NCBI GenBank assembly: GCA_965230295.1
Contig: OZ246001.1
Span: forward strand, 160,001-224,000
Length of the DNA stretch: 64,000 bases
Direction of reading: 5' to 3'
Origin: Marinicella sp.
GTDB lineage: Bacteria > Pseudomonadota > Gammaproteobacteria > Xanthomonadales > Marinicellaceae
The notes beneath the pieces are model-generated. The model was not told the DNA's origin. It ran no database searches and worked only from the letters and a program-made list of their open reading frames with translations. The translations under genes were made by a program, and so were the position numbers. Position 1 is the stretch's first letter; each line of letters begins with the position of its first letter. Shown here piece by piece: positions 1 to 11,150 of the stretch.

Positions 1-704
1 TTCATACTGCTCAGTTCTGCATGTTCAAGTAATTCAAATTGGTTGTAACTGATGAATTTCTCGGTGTCACTGAGTTGGATATTTTGTGATCTACTGAGAT
101 TCGATGATGCACCCAATCGACAAACATTGACCACATTCAGTTGACCACTGACATGCTGTTCTGTAACACATACCCTGGTATTTTCAGCCATTTCCACCTG
201 GTTACGAACATAATGCCATGTTGGTAAGCTTTCGAAGCGGTACACCAATTTGATGTGTACGCTTTGTTGACTGGGTCCAACATGAATCAAAGCACCGTTT
301 TTAAACAAAGCCGTGTTGATTAAATTAACTGCTGTTTCTTGATCAAATGGCAAATCCAGCCATTGTGATATAGACACATGGCCAATGTCATTGATCACCA
401 GCCAGTCAGGACAAGTGCCATCAACCGCCACGCCTGCTTCTGACAAGGTTACCACCACATGATGGTCTGCAGCGAGTTCTTCAACATCATGAGGGTTTCT
501 GCTGTTGCTGTCCGGGGCAACTGCAACGGCCGACAAACGTTGTACATCGGCGTAACGCCATGCCTCATTTTTACGGCTTGGGTCAGACAGTGTTTGAAGC
601 TGATCAAGCGCCATTTGACGTTTTTCAACCAACCAATCAGACGGATCTTCAGCGTTGATTTGATTGATTGCTTGTGCAGTCCAATTATTGATCAAGCCAG
701 CCAT
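1..704 (-). CDS. sufD: Fe-S cluster assembly protein SufD (3' part runs off the window)
   Basis: Manually translated from ATG at 704: MAGLINNWTAQ...DPSRKNEAWRYADV, the SufD N-terminal P.RK.E.WRY motif; directly downstream of sufC. Confidence 0.85.
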   Translation of the reverse strand, partial: MAGLINNWTAQAINQINAEDPSDWLVEKRQMALDQLQTLSDPSRKNEAWRYADVQRLSAVAVAPDSNSRNPHDVEELAADHHVVVTLSEAGVAVDGTCPDWLVINDIGHVSISQWLDLPFDQETAVNLINTALFKNGALIHVGPSQQSVHIKLVYRFESLPTWHYVRNQVEMAENTRVCVTEQHVSGQLNVVNVCRLGASSNLSRSQNIQLSDTEKFISYNQFELLEHAELSSM

Positions 705-1425
705 AGCCTTGTTCCTCCAATTCCAGAGCCAAGTTTTTGTCACCTGATTTGACAATTTTGCCATCGGCCAATACATGCACAAAGTCTGGCTGGATGTAAT
801 CCAATAATCTTTGGTAATGGGTAATGATGATAAATGAACGGTCCGGGGCCCGCAGTTGATTCACCCCATCAGCCACAATTTTCAAGGCATCAATGTCCAG
901 GCCTGAATCTGTTTCATCCAGAATGGCTAATTTAGGCTCCAAAACGCCCATTTGGAAGACTTCATTGCGTTTTTTCTCGCCCCCAGAAAAACCCACATTA
1001 ACAGGACGCTTTAACAAATCATCACGCATATTCATGTCTTTGATTTTTTGTTTTACCATGCGCAGAAATTGGGCTGAATCCATGGCTTCTTCGCCGCGGT
1101 ATTTGCGCTGTGCATTCAAAGCTGTGCGCAAAAAATACATGTTATTCACGCCAGGGATTTCAACTGGGTACTGAAAAGCCAGGAACACCCCTTCTGCAGC
1201 CCGTTCTTCAGGCTCTAATTCCAACAAATCTTTGCCCAAGTAATCAACTGTACCACTTTGTGGTTCCACATAAGGCATGCCAGCCAACAGGTTACCCAAT
1301 GTACTTTTACCAGCACCATTAGGTCCCATGATGGCATGGACCTCTCCGGGTTTCACTTCTAAACTCAAACCTTTGAGGATTTCTTTGTCGCCAGCAGTGG
1401 CGAATACATCATTTATTTTTAACAT
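685..1425 (-). CDS. sufC: Fe-S cluster assembly ATPase SufC
   Basis: GPNGAGKST, FQYPVEIPGV, GFSGGEKKRNE, LDETDSGLDIDAL motifs. Confidence 0.97.
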   Translation of the reverse strand: MLKINDVFATAGDKEILKGLSLEVKPGEVHAIMGPNGAGKSTLGNLLAGMPYVEPQSGTVDYLGKDLLELEPEERAAEGVFLAFQYPVEIPGVNNMYFLRTALNAQRKYRGEEAMDSAQFLRMVKQKIKDMNMRDDLLKRPVNVGFSGGEKKRNEVFQMGVLEPKLAILDETDSGLDIDALKIVADGVNQLRAPDRSFIIITHYQRLLDYIQPDFVHVLADGKIVKSGDKNLALELEEQGYGWLDQ

Positions 1426-2924
1426 CAGCCGATGGCTCCTTCTAATGAGATGTCTAACAAGGCTTTTGCTTCAACGGCAAACTCCATGGGTAATTCTTTG
1501 AACACTTCTTTACAGAAGCCGTCCACGATCAGTGAAATGGCATCTTCTTCCGTGATGCCACGTTGTAAACAGTAATTCAATTGGTCTTCAGAGATTTTTG
1601 AAGTGGTGGCCTCATGTTCGAGTTTGGCCGTCATGTTGGCCGACTCTGTGTATGGAAATGTATGTGCGCCACATGACTTACCGATCAACAAAGAGTCACA
1701 CTGGGTAAAATTCCGAGCATTGTCTGCGCGCTTGGCCACCCTAACCAAACCGCGGTAGGCATTTTGGCTTTTGCCCACTGAAATGCCTTTGGAAATCACT
1801 GTACTTTTGGTGTTTTTACCCAAATGGATCATTTTGGTGCCGGTATCGGCTTGTTGGTGGTTATTGGTCAACGCCACCGAATAAAACTCTCCTCTTGAAC
1901 CATCACCTCTCAGGATACAGCTGGGGTATTTCCAGGTGATTGCCGACCCTGTTTCTACCTGGGTCCATGAGATTTTTGAATTCTTGCCCAAGCAGTTTCC
2001 TCGCTTGGTCACAAAGTTATAAATGCCACCCTTGCCATTTTCATCTCCCGGGTACCAGTTTTGAACGGTCGAATATTTGATTTTGGCATCATCCATGGCC
2101 ACCAGTTCAACCACAGCAGCGTGTAATTGGTTTTCATCTCGCATCGGTGCTGTACAACCTTCTAAATAGCTCACATAGGCACCTTCCTCAGCCACAATCA
2201 AAGTTCTTTCAAATTGACCTGTGTTGATGGCATTGATGCGAAAGTAGGTGGATAACTCCATAGGACATCGCACCCCTTTGGGGATATAAACGAAAGAACC
2301 GTCACTGAATACCGCCGCATTCAACGCCGCAAAATAGTTGTCTTGTGCTGGCACCACAGAGCCCAGGTATTTTTTAACCAATTCAGGATGGTCATGTACC
2401 GCTTCTGAGAACGATGAAAAAATCACCCCCACTTTCTCCAATTCAGCTTTGAAGGTGGTCCCTACAGAAACAGAATCAAACACGGCATCAACCGCTACGC
2501 CTGCCAAGCGCTCACGTTCATGCAAAGGCACACCCAACTTGTCATAGGTTTCCAGCAGTTTAGGGTCTACTTCATCCAATGACTTCGGTGCATTTTCTTT
2601 GTTGGCATTGGGTGAAGAATAGTAAGAAATCGCCTGGAAATCGATTTCCGGAATCTTTAACTTGGCCCATTCCGGCTGCTTCATGTTTTGCCATTTTTGG
2701 AAAGCATCCAACCGGTAATCTAACAACCATTGTGGCTCTTCTTTCTTTTCTGATATCAATCGGATGGTGTCTTCATCCAACCCGGGCGGGATGGTGAAAG
2801 ACTCAATGTCCGTGACAAAGCCTTCTTTATAGCCTTGTTTGGCCCTGGCCTTAACGGCTTGGTTTTCTTCTACCACTTCAGCTTTTTGGTTTTCTACTTC
2901 TTGACTCATGCTATCTAAACTCAA
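1425..2924 (-). CDS. sufB: Fe-S cluster assembly protein SufB (likely start ATG 2909)
   Basis: [38 protein letters not shown] motifs. Confidence 0.97.
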   Translation of the reverse strand: MSLDSMSQEVENQKAEVVEENQAVKARAKQGYKEGFVTDIESFTIPPGLDEDTIRLISEKKEEPQWLLDYRLDAFQKWQNMKQPEWAKLKIPEIDFQAISYYSSPNANKENAPKSLDEVDPKLLETYDKLGVPLHERERLAGVAVDAVFDSVSVGTTFKAELEKVGVIFSSFSEAVHDHPELVKKYLGSVVPAQDNYFAALNAAVFSDGSFVYIPKGVRCPMELSTYFRINAINTGQFERTLIVAEEGAYVSYLEGCTAPMRDENQLHAAVVELVAMDDAKIKYSTVQNWYPGDENGKGGIYNFVTKRGNCLGKNSKISWTQVETGSAITWKYPSCILRGDGSRGEFYSVALTNNHQQADTGTKMIHLGKNTKSTVISKGISVGKSQNAYRGLVRVAKRADNARNFTQCDSLLIGKSCGAHTFPYTESANMTAKLEHEATTSKISEDQLNYCLQRGITEEDAISLIVDGFCKEVFKELPMEFAVEAKALLDISLEGAIG

Positions 2925-3349
2925 GGTTTGATTTGTAAGGTGATTTTTTTCTTTTCATCCAAAATATCACTGACCGTGACGCTTTCTAATGCATTCAAAA
3001 TCACTTGATTGACTTTTTTCATACCAGCACTCATGTAACAATCCTGGGTCAGATGACAGGCTGTATCATCATCAACACATTCGGTCAAAGACATGCCACC
3101 TTCCATGGCCACAATCACTTCGTTTAAGGTGATCTCTTGCTTTCTTTTGACCAGAAAATAACCGCCAGTGGCACCTCTCTTAGAGTCCAACAAACCGGCT
3201 TTTTTCAGTTGTTTAAGTATTTTGCTGACTGTGGGTGTTTCTAGCCCAGTCACTGATGCCACAAAATCAGCAGATGCTGGCAAATCTGACTTTTTCAAAG
3301 CCATGATCACCATAAAGGCATATTCAGTTAATTTGGACATTTTTATCAT
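2921..3349 (-). CDS. Rrf2-family SUF system transcriptional regulator
   Basis: [18 protein letters not shown], three Cys in the C-terminal half; first gene of the suf operon. Confidence 0.9.
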   Translation of the reverse strand: MIKMSKLTEYAFMVIMALKKSDLPASADFVASVTGLETPTVSKILKQLKKAGLLDSKRGATGGYFLVKRKQEITLNEVIVAMEGGMSLTECVDDDTACHLTQDCYMSAGMKKVNQVILNALESVTVSDILDEKKKITLQIKP

Positions 3350-3428
3350 CGCGCGGATTATAGCATCATATAGGACTTATTTGGTACTATATGATGCCAA
3401 TTCAAGGGATAATACCGACTAAACCACG

Positions 3429-4661
3429 TCAGCGTTGATTAAAATGAATTTTTACCTGAAAGGTATCCACATGATTGTGATCAAACTGTACCAGCCACCC
3501 CAAACGCTCACACATGCGCTGAGCTATTATGGTCCCGACACCATAACCAGAACCAGAACCATTTTCAGATGATGCCTTGTCCCGAGGGTTTTCAATGACA
3601 ACAGAGTCATTGTTAAGGTAACAATAAACCACTTTTTCACTGCCGTGTTGAATGGCATTTTTCAGTAAATTACCCACCACAACCATGAAAACATCGGCAG
3701 GTGCGTTGATCAGAACCGGACCTCCATCTGCTTCTGTCAATGTAATTGTATGTGCTGGATAACTGAGTAAAAATTCTGCTTTTATGGCTTTCATACAAGC
3801 CATCATGTCACAAACTTGATCAGACCTGATCACGTCACTGGAAAGCCACAAGAACGCTTCGGTGATTTGCTTCATTTGCCGGATTGAGCGATTCAATCGA
3901 TCAATCACTGTACCTGGGTCGTAATCAGCCTTTTTTTTATACAATTCCAGTAACTCAAGGGCGTTTTGGGCAATTTGGATGGGAGATCTGAGTTCATGGC
4001 TGACACCCCGATTGAATTCGAACTCACGCTGCGCGGCGGTTTGCGCTTGGGCTATGGATGTTTCTAATTGTTTGGCCAAAACCCCAACTTCATCACTTTG
4101 AAAATCAGCAGCAAAACCCTTGGGTAGGTCTTGTTGATCATCTTGCAATTGTTCGGTTAGTTTTTTCAATGGAGCCAAAGTTTGTCTGGCCAACCTGTAA
4201 GCCACAATCACTGTCAAAAAAATCAACACCAGTGAAACCACCAAGACTGTTAATAACAAGTCGTTGCGACTGGTTCGCACTGCCAATAAACCACTCACAT
4301 CGTAACTGATGAAGTAATCAGTTGTATCTGGAGCCAGTTGATTGCGCAACACAAACACGGCTCGATCATCATCAAAGTATTCATAAACACCTGGTTTTGA
4401 ACCCACAATTTTTTTTAAGGCAGGAGGCAATTGGTCAATGCCCGGATATAATTTCATTTGTTGGTTGGTCGGTTGCCAATTTGATTGTTCATTTTCAGCA
4501 AGGCTTTCATACAATAGTTGTTCGCTGCGCAGTAAATTAATAAAGACCTGGTCTTCAGTGATGTATACCATCATCATGACCATGACAGTAAAGAACAGAC
4601 ACAAAGTCAATGCAAGGCCAATCATGGATCGCTTGATGCGCCTGGCTATACTAAGCTTCAT
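3429..4661 (-). CDS. Two-component sensor histidine kinase
   Basis: Two TM segments, HAMP, H-box SHELRSP, N-box NLLKNAIQH, GYGVG; start moved to ATG 4661, overlapping the regulator stop. Confidence 0.9.
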   Translation of the reverse strand: MKLSIARRIKRSMIGLALTLCLFFTVMVMMMVYITEDQVFINLLRSEQLLYESLAENEQSNWQPTNQQMKLYPGIDQLPPALKKIVGSKPGVYEYFDDDRAVFVLRNQLAPDTTDYFISYDVSGLLAVRTSRNDLLLTVLVVSLVLIFLTVIVAYRLARQTLAPLKKLTEQLQDDQQDLPKGFAADFQSDEVGVLAKQLETSIAQAQTAAQREFEFNRGVSHELRSPIQIAQNALELLELYKKKADYDPGTVIDRLNRSIRQMKQITEAFLWLSSDVIRSDQVCDMMACMKAIKAEFLLSYPAHTITLTEADGGPVLINAPADVFMVVVGNLLKNAIQHGSEKVVYCYLNNDSVVIENPRDKASSENGSGSGYGVGTIIAQRMCERLGWLVQFDHNHVDTFQVKIHFNQR

Positions 4662-5337
4662 TGGCCACCTCATCAACCATTTGATAGCCCACACCTTTCA
4701 CCGTTCTGAGCATGTTTGTTGCAAATGGCTTGTCGATGGTTTTTCTGATTTCATGGATATGTGAACGCAATGGATTGCTTCTGGGTGGCAGCTCGCCCCA
4801 CAACATGTACTCAAGTTCCTGCCTGGACACCACCTGTGGAGAAGCACGCATCAACACTTCAACAATTTGCATGCTGGCTTTGTGCAGATTCAAAATCTGC
4901 CCTGCTCTTGTTAACTGCCATAGACCGGCATCAAAGACCAGATCACCGACTTGCAATTCTTGCGTTTTTTGACCTTCCTGCTTGAGCACCAAAGCATCCA
5001 ATCGCAAACCCAACTCCTGCAAGGCAAACGGCTTAACCAAATAATCCCATGCACCTGCCTGAAAACCGATGGTTTTGTCAGCCAAAGATCCCCTCGCTGT
5101 CAACATCATGACCGGTGTATGCACTTGGTGCTGTTGTCGCAACTCTCGACACAAGGTAAACCCATCTTTTTTGGGTAAGTTGACATCCAGAATGATGGCA
5201 TCAAATTGATGGTTGGTGGCCAAAGACAACCCCTGCTCACCATTATCTGCGAAATCCAATTGATGACCCAAGCCAATCAGGTAGTCACTGATGTTGCCTG
5301 CAATGTCTAAATTATCTTCTACCAACAGAATCTTCAT
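4651..5337 (-). CDS. OmpR-family response regulator
   Basis: MKILLVED, LDVNLP, MLTARG, DYLVKPF, C-terminal TVKGVGY; start moved to ATG 5337. Confidence 0.92.
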   Translation of the reverse strand: MKILLVEDNLDIAGNISDYLIGLGHQLDFADNGEQGLSLATNHQFDAIILDVNLPKKDGFTLCRELRQQHQVHTPVMMLTARGSLADKTIGFQAGAWDYLVKPFALQELGLRLDALVLKQEGQKTQELQVGDLVFDAGLWQLTRAGQILNLHKASMQIVEVLMRASPQVVSRQELEYMLWGELPPRSNPLRSHIHEIRKTIDKPFATNMLRTVKGVGYQMVDEVANEA

Positions 5338-7835
5338 AATTGTTGAAATGTATTGACTGGTTGCTTTAACTTGTTCCGCGCCATACCAGCACCAATCAAT
5401 GCGTACAAGGCCGGTACAAAAAGCAGAAACATCAACCAAGTCAACCAATCTGGCTGAAAAGGTAAGCCAAACTGCTCTTTGAACATCAGCTGAGAAATGA
5501 TGAATGCGCCGACTAATCCTATGGTGCAGGATACCATGCCGACCACTGTTTTTTCAGCCATTAACATGTTTTGTAACCTCTTTTTCGTTAACCCGAAAAC
5601 ACGCAAGACATTGTTCTGGTGATGATCAACACTGATGTATACTGCTGCCACCAAAACCGGCAAAGCAGCCATTAACAGAATAACCAATAAGCTGTTCATC
5701 ACTGTGGTAATTGATACCATGATATTTCTTACCGACTCTATTTGCTGGGCTAAATCTGTGATCAATGCAGCAGGAAATTGTTGGCCCAATTCAGACAACA
5801 TCGGTTTGGCTTCGGTATTTATTTCAATCCCACCCATGCGTTGTTGGGCATATGGCGCCAACGTATCTGGGGCAAACATGAACCAAAACATCACCATGGA
5901 GCCACCACTTTTGAATTTGCGTTGGCTGCTGATGGTACTGGTTAGGTACTGGTCTCCAATTTTGAAGGTCAACTGATCACCCATTTGCAAGCCCATATCC
6001 GTCATGACTTCTGCCTCAACAGAGACATCTCCGCTACCCAGCTGTGGCCAATCACCTGAAACCAAGTGGTTATTTTCAGGTAAGTCGGCGGCCCAAGACA
6101 ACCGAACTGGCGAACGTGTTTCTTCACGGGTGTCACTTTCATGTTGAATGGCATCATCTATATTGATGCCATTTACGGCAATCAACATAGCAGGCACCAT
6201 TGGATACATCCCTTTAACTGTGGCGCCTTTACCTTCAACAAAATTGTTGAATGGTTGTGCTTCATCAGCAGGTAATCCGCTGAATATGTAATTACCATCG
6301 TGATGTAAGCGTTGTACATGGTAGGCATCCAGGAAACCACCCCGTAATGTCATGATCATCGCCAATGCCATGACTGTCAAAGAAACCGCCACCACAGGAG
6401 CCACGTTTTTCTTTGGGTTGCGACCGATGGATCGCAACACCACCCGAACTGGCCCATGAAAAAGGTGGTGGATGTGGCCTATCAATTTATTCAACCCCCA
6501 ACCAAACAGCAGCGCCATGAGCATCAAAACAAGCACCCCCAAACATAGATAAATGGTTAATCTGATGTTGTCGCTGAAGTACCACAACATCGATACCAGG
6601 CAGACTAAGGCAATGGTTGTTGACAACAACAAGCGTCTGTTGATATCAAGTTGCCCTCGCAACACACTCACCACTGGTATATCGGTTAAATTGATCATGC
6701 GGGGGTAGACAAATATCAACAAGGTCACCAGCGATACCGCACAAGACAGCATCACAATGGAATACTTGAAAGACACGGCTGCCATTTTCAAGTATGGCAT
6801 CAGTATACTGGCCAATGCCGGTTGTACCAACCAGCCTATCAAACCACCCGCCAAGCCACAAATCAAAGCCAAACAAGCCATCTGGGCCAATAATGCATAA
6901 ACCACCACCACCTTGGGCAACCCCATACAACGCAGTACTGTACTGGGCAAAGCATATTGTTTCACCGAATAATCTGCCAAGATGGCCGCACCTGAACCAC
7001 ACAACAACAGCACCAACACCATCACCAAACCCAGCATCTTTTCTGCCCGCATCATCATTCTGGCAAATGGGTGTTGTCCTTCATCTGGTTTAAGCACTTG
7101 GTGTTCATATTGACTCAAAGTGGTGGCCAATGCAGATTCAATTGTTTCAATGGCCTGATCAGTTCCTGCAAATAAATACCGGTATTCACTGCGACCATTG
7201 TTGAGATCAATGCCAGTCTTTGGCAAGTCTTCTGAACGCAGCATGACCCTTGGTAATGTGTGTTGGAACTGAGTGAGTCGATCCGGTTCAAAAGTCAGTT
7301 CTTCAGACACCTTAAAATGACTGTTTCCTATTTGAATCATGTCTCCGATCCGAGCACCCAATACACTCAGCGCTCTGGCATCTAACCAGGCTTCAGCTTC
7401 ATTCAGCTGGCTGGCTTTAACTGATTGGTCCCCTGCTGCTGTTTTTAGGGTCAATTGGCCTTGCAAAGGATAAGAGTTTGAAACCCCTTTGATGGCTACA
7501 CTGTGGTAGCTGCCTGGCCCGATGGCCCCATGTGTCAATGAAACCGTTTCGACCACGTCTTCATCAGTGATAGAATGCCACCATTCAGCTGGCAAAGGCT
7601 GGTCACTGCGGATGACCAAAGGCGCTCCAAGGAATTCAGCAATGTCTTGATTCAAGGTCGACTTCACACCCTGCGCAAAGAACCCCAAGGTACTGACTAT
7701 GGTTACACATATTAATAGGCAAGCCGCCATCAACAGGTGAGATTTGTTCAGCATGGACTTCAACCCTAAGCGCTTAAACACTATCCAGATTAAAGCCAAA
7801 GTTGATTTTGTTTTGGGTTTGATTTCAGGCTGCAT
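5334..7835 (-). CDS. YbbP/FtsX-like ABC transporter permease
   Basis: 833 aa with two FtsX-like halves, YPLQGQL, LSWAADLP motifs; follows the ATPase gene. Confidence 0.85.
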   Translation of the reverse strand: MQPEIKPKTKSTLALIWIVFKRLGLKSMLNKSHLLMAACLLICVTIVSTLGFFAQGVKSTLNQDIAEFLGAPLVIRSDQPLPAEWWHSITDEDVVETVSLTHGAIGPGSYHSVAIKGVSNSYPLQGQLTLKTAAGDQSVKASQLNEAEAWLDARALSVLGARIGDMIQIGNSHFKVSEELTFEPDRLTQFQHTLPRVMLRSEDLPKTGIDLNNGRSEYRYLFAGTDQAIETIESALATTLSQYEHQVLKPDEGQHPFARMMMRAEKMLGLVMVLVLLLCGSGAAILADYSVKQYALPSTVLRCMGLPKVVVVYALLAQMACLALICGLAGGLIGWLVQPALASILMPYLKMAAVSFKYSIVMLSCAVSLVTLLIFVYPRMINLTDIPVVSVLRGQLDINRRLLLSTTIALVCLVSMLWYFSDNIRLTIYLCLGVLVLMLMALLFGWGLNKLIGHIHHLFHGPVRVVLRSIGRNPKKNVAPVVAVSLTVMALAMIMTLRGGFLDAYHVQRLHHDGNYIFSGLPADEAQPFNNFVEGKGATVKGMYPMVPAMLIAVNGINIDDAIQHESDTREETRSPVRLSWAADLPENNHLVSGDWPQLGSGDVSVEAEVMTDMGLQMGDQLTFKIGDQYLTSTISSQRKFKSGGSMVMFWFMFAPDTLAPYAQQRMGGIEINTEAKPMLSELGQQFPAALITDLAQQIESVRNIMVSITTVMNSLLVILLMAALPVLVAAVYISVDHHQNNVLRVFGLTKKRLQNMLMAEKTVVGMVSCTIGLVGAFIISQLMFKEQFGLPFQPDWLTWLMFLLFVPALYALIGAGMARNKLKQPVNTFQQL

Positions 7836-8499
7836 TTAACTTTCCTTGGTTCAATTGATAAACCACATCACATCGGCGGGCTAAATTTTGGTCATGGGTC
7901 ACCAACACCATGGAGGTGTTGTTTGCCTGATGCATTTCAAACAAGTTTTTAATCACATGGGTCGCCGTCTTGCGGTCTAAATTCGCCGTGGGTTCATCTG
8001 CAAATAATATACTGGGCCTGACAGCAAAAGCTCGACACAAAGCAACCCGCTGTTGCTCCCCACCTGACAGTTGACTGGGTAAGTGATGAGCCCGTTTACC
8101 CAGACCCATTTTTTCTAACCACGACAAAGCTTCCTGATTGGGTGTTTGGCTACCAAACAATTCCAATGGCAAGGCCACATTCTCAAGAGCAGTCAATTCT
8201 TCCATCAAGTAAAAGGATTGAAACACAAAACCCGTGTCAGTGGCCCTAACGGCGGCCCTGTCATCTTCATTCATGGCAGTGATTTCCTGACCGTTCAAAT
8301 GAACTTGACCTTGTTGAGGTAAATCAAGTCCAGCCAACAACCCCAATAAGGTTGACTTGCCGCTGCCGGATTGCCCCAGGATGGCCACTGATTGTCCACT
8401 TTGAACGGTCAAATCGGCACCTTTGAGGATGTGCAATGGCCCTTCGGGTGTTGTCACTGTACGGTGAATGTCTTGTGCTTGCAGAACTGTAGACTTCAT
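7825..8499 (-). CDS. YbbA/LolD-like ABC transporter ATP-binding protein
   Basis: GQSGSGKST, LSGGEQQRV, ADEPTANLD. Confidence 0.93.
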   Translation of the reverse strand: MKSTVLQAQDIHRTVTTPEGPLHILKGADLTVQSGQSVAILGQSGSGKSTLLGLLAGLDLPQQGQVHLNGQEITAMNEDDRAAVRATDTGFVFQSFYLMEELTALENVALPLELFGSQTPNQEALSWLEKMGLGKRAHHLPSQLSGGEQQRVALCRAFAVRPSILFADEPTANLDRKTATHVIKNLFEMHQANNTSMVLVTHDQNLARRCDVVYQLNQGKLNAA

Positions 8500-9425
8500 T
8501 GGGCTTCTCCACCCATGTTCTCATCAATAAATGCCAGAACTACATCATGAAAACCGTCTGGCAACCGATGTCCACTGTCAAAAAACTTCACTTTTTTATT
8601 GTTACTGGCAATCAAATCAAACACCTGCTGATATTCGGCTTGGCTGGTGTATTGGTCTTGAGTGGCTGCCAACAGCAAGATCTGTGCTGATTTGATATTT
8701 GACACGTGATGCCTCGGAGCGACTGGCGATTCTGCCACCCCCACGTAAGGCGGGACCATACTCACCACATGCATGATACTGGGCTCATAGGCGGCCAACA
8801 ACAAACTCATTTGTGCGCCCATGCTGTAACCAAAGGCAGCGGTGTGTGAAGCCACAATGGGATGGGTTGACTCAATCCATTGCAGTGCCAGTCGATAGTC
8901 CCTGACAGTGCCTACAATCATGTCATTGTAAATGCGTCTGTTGGGGCTATGTGCTTTACCCAGTATCTCTCTGGGGCCCATGCCTTTGATTGTCCTCGAT
9001 CCATGCAACCGGGCATCCAGTGCCAAAACGGCATAACCCGATTGGCGTAAATGATCACTGATCAAACCGGCCTTGATGGAACGCTCACTATTGAACCACA
9101 GGTTTTGATCGGTCCCCATGGCATGTAACAGCAAGGCCAGTTTGTATGGTTGATGGCTGTCAGCCTGGTACCCTTGAGGCAAGGCTAAAGTTCCATTAAC
9201 TGGCTGTTGATCGTCACTGATGAATGTCAAGCTGTATTTCATCCCCAAATGATCTTCACCTAAGGGCAGTTGCTGCATCTGGATGTCGAATGTTGGGTCC
9301 ACGTCAAACCATTCACTCAAAACTTGATGGGCTTGCTCACCATAAAGTTCAATGGTTGATGCCGAGGCTTGGACGAATAAAAATATCAGGGTAACAAAGA
9401 AGGTTAATTGTTTTGTGTATCGCAT
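8496..9425 (-). CDS. Secreted alpha/beta hydrolase
   Basis: Signal peptide, GYSMG nucleophile elbow, C-terminal Asp and GH. Confidence 0.85.
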   Translation of the reverse strand: MRYTKQLTFFVTLIFLFVQASASTIELYGEQAHQVLSEWFDVDPTFDIQMQQLPLGEDHLGMKYSLTFISDDQQPVNGTLALPQGYQADSHQPYKLALLLHAMGTDQNLWFNSERSIKAGLISDHLRQSGYAVLALDARLHGSRTIKGMGPREILGKAHSPNRRIYNDMIVGTVRDYRLALQWIESTHPIVASHTAAFGYSMGAQMSLLLAAYEPSIMHVVSMVPPYVGVAESPVAPRHHVSNIKSAQILLLAATQDQYTSQAEYQQVFDLIASNNKKVKFFDSGHRLPDGFHDVVLAFIDENMGGEAQ

Positions 9426-9548
9426 GATTGACTCTAAGGATATGAAGAAAAATCAGCGTAACAAAACCATGTTCAAATAAACTTCAAATACGCCGTTTAT
9501 ATACACAGCTATTTGAACACCATCCATCTGTTCGCAATGATCTGCTGT

Positions 9549-9696
9549 GGAAAGCTGCTGAGCAGCTTGACCCGCCGAGCCGGTTGGTGAACTTTGTGAA
9601 TCAGAGGCGAAGAGCGCAAGGTAGCATGTCATGTTCGCCGCGGTCGCTTTCACTTTTGTCATGAACAAAAGTGAATGAAGTCCCAAGAACATTCCT
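9549..9696 (+). repeat. Dispersed ~150-bp structured repeat, copy A
   Basis: Nearly identical to 21254-21400: gaaagctgctgagcagcttgacccgccgagc...ttcacttttgt-N5-acaaaagtgaatgaagYcccaagaacattcct. Confidence 0.9.
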
Positions 9697-9843
9697 TTGT
9701 TTATTTTTGGATGAAAAACAATCATTCAAACTTGTTATTTGATGTTCATGATTTCGTGATATTTTTGTGATGTTCTTATCACATAATGTATCTCATATAT
9801 AACAAACATGACGCATTACCCATCAAATAATTGAGAGAAAACC

Positions 9844-10026
9844 ATGACTTACATCATCAGCTCAAATAGCCTGTCGAAAAAAATCATCATCAACCCTGTC
9901 ATCAATCGAAAAATTAAAGAATTGCACCGCAAACTGGTGGATCTGAGTTTTTCCCATGGTAAAAATTCAGAGGAGTACTTGTTGATTTTAAAGAAGATAC
10001 ATCAGTTGCGCAGCTGCAAAGACTGA
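9844..10026 (+). CDS. Small hypothetical helical protein (60 aa)
   Basis: ATG preceded by GAGAGAAA; stand-alone position after an AT-rich promoter-like region. Confidence 0.55.
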   Translation: MTYIISSNSLSKKIIINPVINRKIKELHRKLVDLSFSHGKNSEEYLLILKKIHQLRSCKD

Positions 10027-10103
10027 TTTTAAATATGCGACAACGATGATCTAGACAGTAACTTAAGCCATTATTAGTCTGAGGCAAAATGGCTCAAAAG
10101 ATT

Positions 10104-11150
10104 TTATATTTTCGCGTTTTTGATTTCGACGGTAGTTCCAGACTGCAAACTGTCAGCGCCCCGAATCACCACCTGATCACCCGCGTCTAAATCAGCTTCA
10201 ATCGCAATTAAATCACCCACATTTTCATTGGCTTTCACACTGATTTGCTCCACTGTATTTTCAGCAGAAACTTTAAACACAAATGTCCCGTTTTCACGCA
10301 ACACCAAAGCATCCTGGTTGACCACCAGTGATTCACGTGCTTGGTACATAGGCACTGAGACACTGACCAATTGACCAATACTTAATGCATTTTCATTTTC
10401 AAATGACAGGCGCATTTCGTATGCTTGATTGCGGTTGTTGGTTGAGGGGACCAAGTTTTTCACAATGGCTTGTTGTGTGATGCCATGAGCAAACAAATCA
10501 ATGGTATTGCCCACCTGAATGAAGTTGGCATAACGCAGCGGTACTTGAGCCCTGATTTCTAGGTTTTGCATGTCTGTGATACCCGCCAATACAGTTCCTG
10601 CAGAGACGGTTTCCCCTTCTCTTCTTTCTCGGTTTGAAACCACACCTTTGAAATTGGCTTTGATTTCAGAACGACTGAGTTGTTCTTTGATTTGGGCCAA
10701 ACGCAATCGTGCCACTTCTAAATCACTGCTCGCGACATCTCTTTGTGATTCAGTTTGTTCAACTGCATTGGCTGATATGGTCTTGGCTTTGACCAAATCT
10801 TGCTGTCTTTTTAAGTTGGTCTCCAGGTAGTTTAACTGAGTTTGTGCACGTTTGATTAAAGCCTGCTGTTCAGCCAACTGAAGTTCCAATGCAACCGTGT
10901 CCATTTTGACAATCACATCACCTGATTCCAATAAAGTACCAGGTTCAGCCACATAGGCCAATTGCCCGGTGATTGCAGCTGTGATTTGAATGGCATTTTG
11001 GCTGTAAACATTACCAGTAATGGGCATGGTTGGAACCACTTGGGTTTTCTTGACGGTATCTGTAATGACAGGCACACCCGGTGTATCACCTTGCTGTGCC
11101 ATGGCCCATGAACTGACTGTGAAAAATCCAATGGTTGCTAAAATTTTCAT
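10104..11150 (-). CDS. RND efflux periplasmic adaptor (membrane fusion protein)
   Basis: Signal peptide, lipoyl halves, coiled coil, GDQVVIRG; coupled to the permease. Confidence 0.9.
   Translation of the reverse strand: MKILATIGFFTVSSWAMAQQGDTPGVPVITDTVKKTQVVPTMPITGNVYSQNAIQITAAITGQLAYVAEPGTLLESGDVIVKMDTVALELQLAEQQALIKRAQTQLNYLETNLKRQQDLVKAKTISANAVEQTESQRDVASSDLEVARLRLAQIKEQLSRSEIKANFKGVVSNRERREGETVSAGTVLAGITDMQNLEIRAQVPLRYANFIQVGNTIDLFAHGITQQAIVKNLVPSTNNRNQAYEMRLSFENENALSIGQLVSVSVPMYQARESLVVNQDALVLRENGTFVFKVSAENTVEQISVKANENVGDLIAIEADLDAGDQVVIRGADSLQSGTTVEIKNAKI

Noticed and set aside
4651-5448. Extended N-terminus of the response regulator (likewise the RND permease to 14329 and the kinase to 4694)
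   Set aside because: The extensions overlap upstream genes or lack homology; canonical starts lie further downstream
9453-9725. 90-aa ORF, and similar ORFs at 38015-38230, 38432-38665 and 58263-58451
   Set aside because: They are read-throughs of the dispersed repeat (shared MFLGLHSL text), not independent genes
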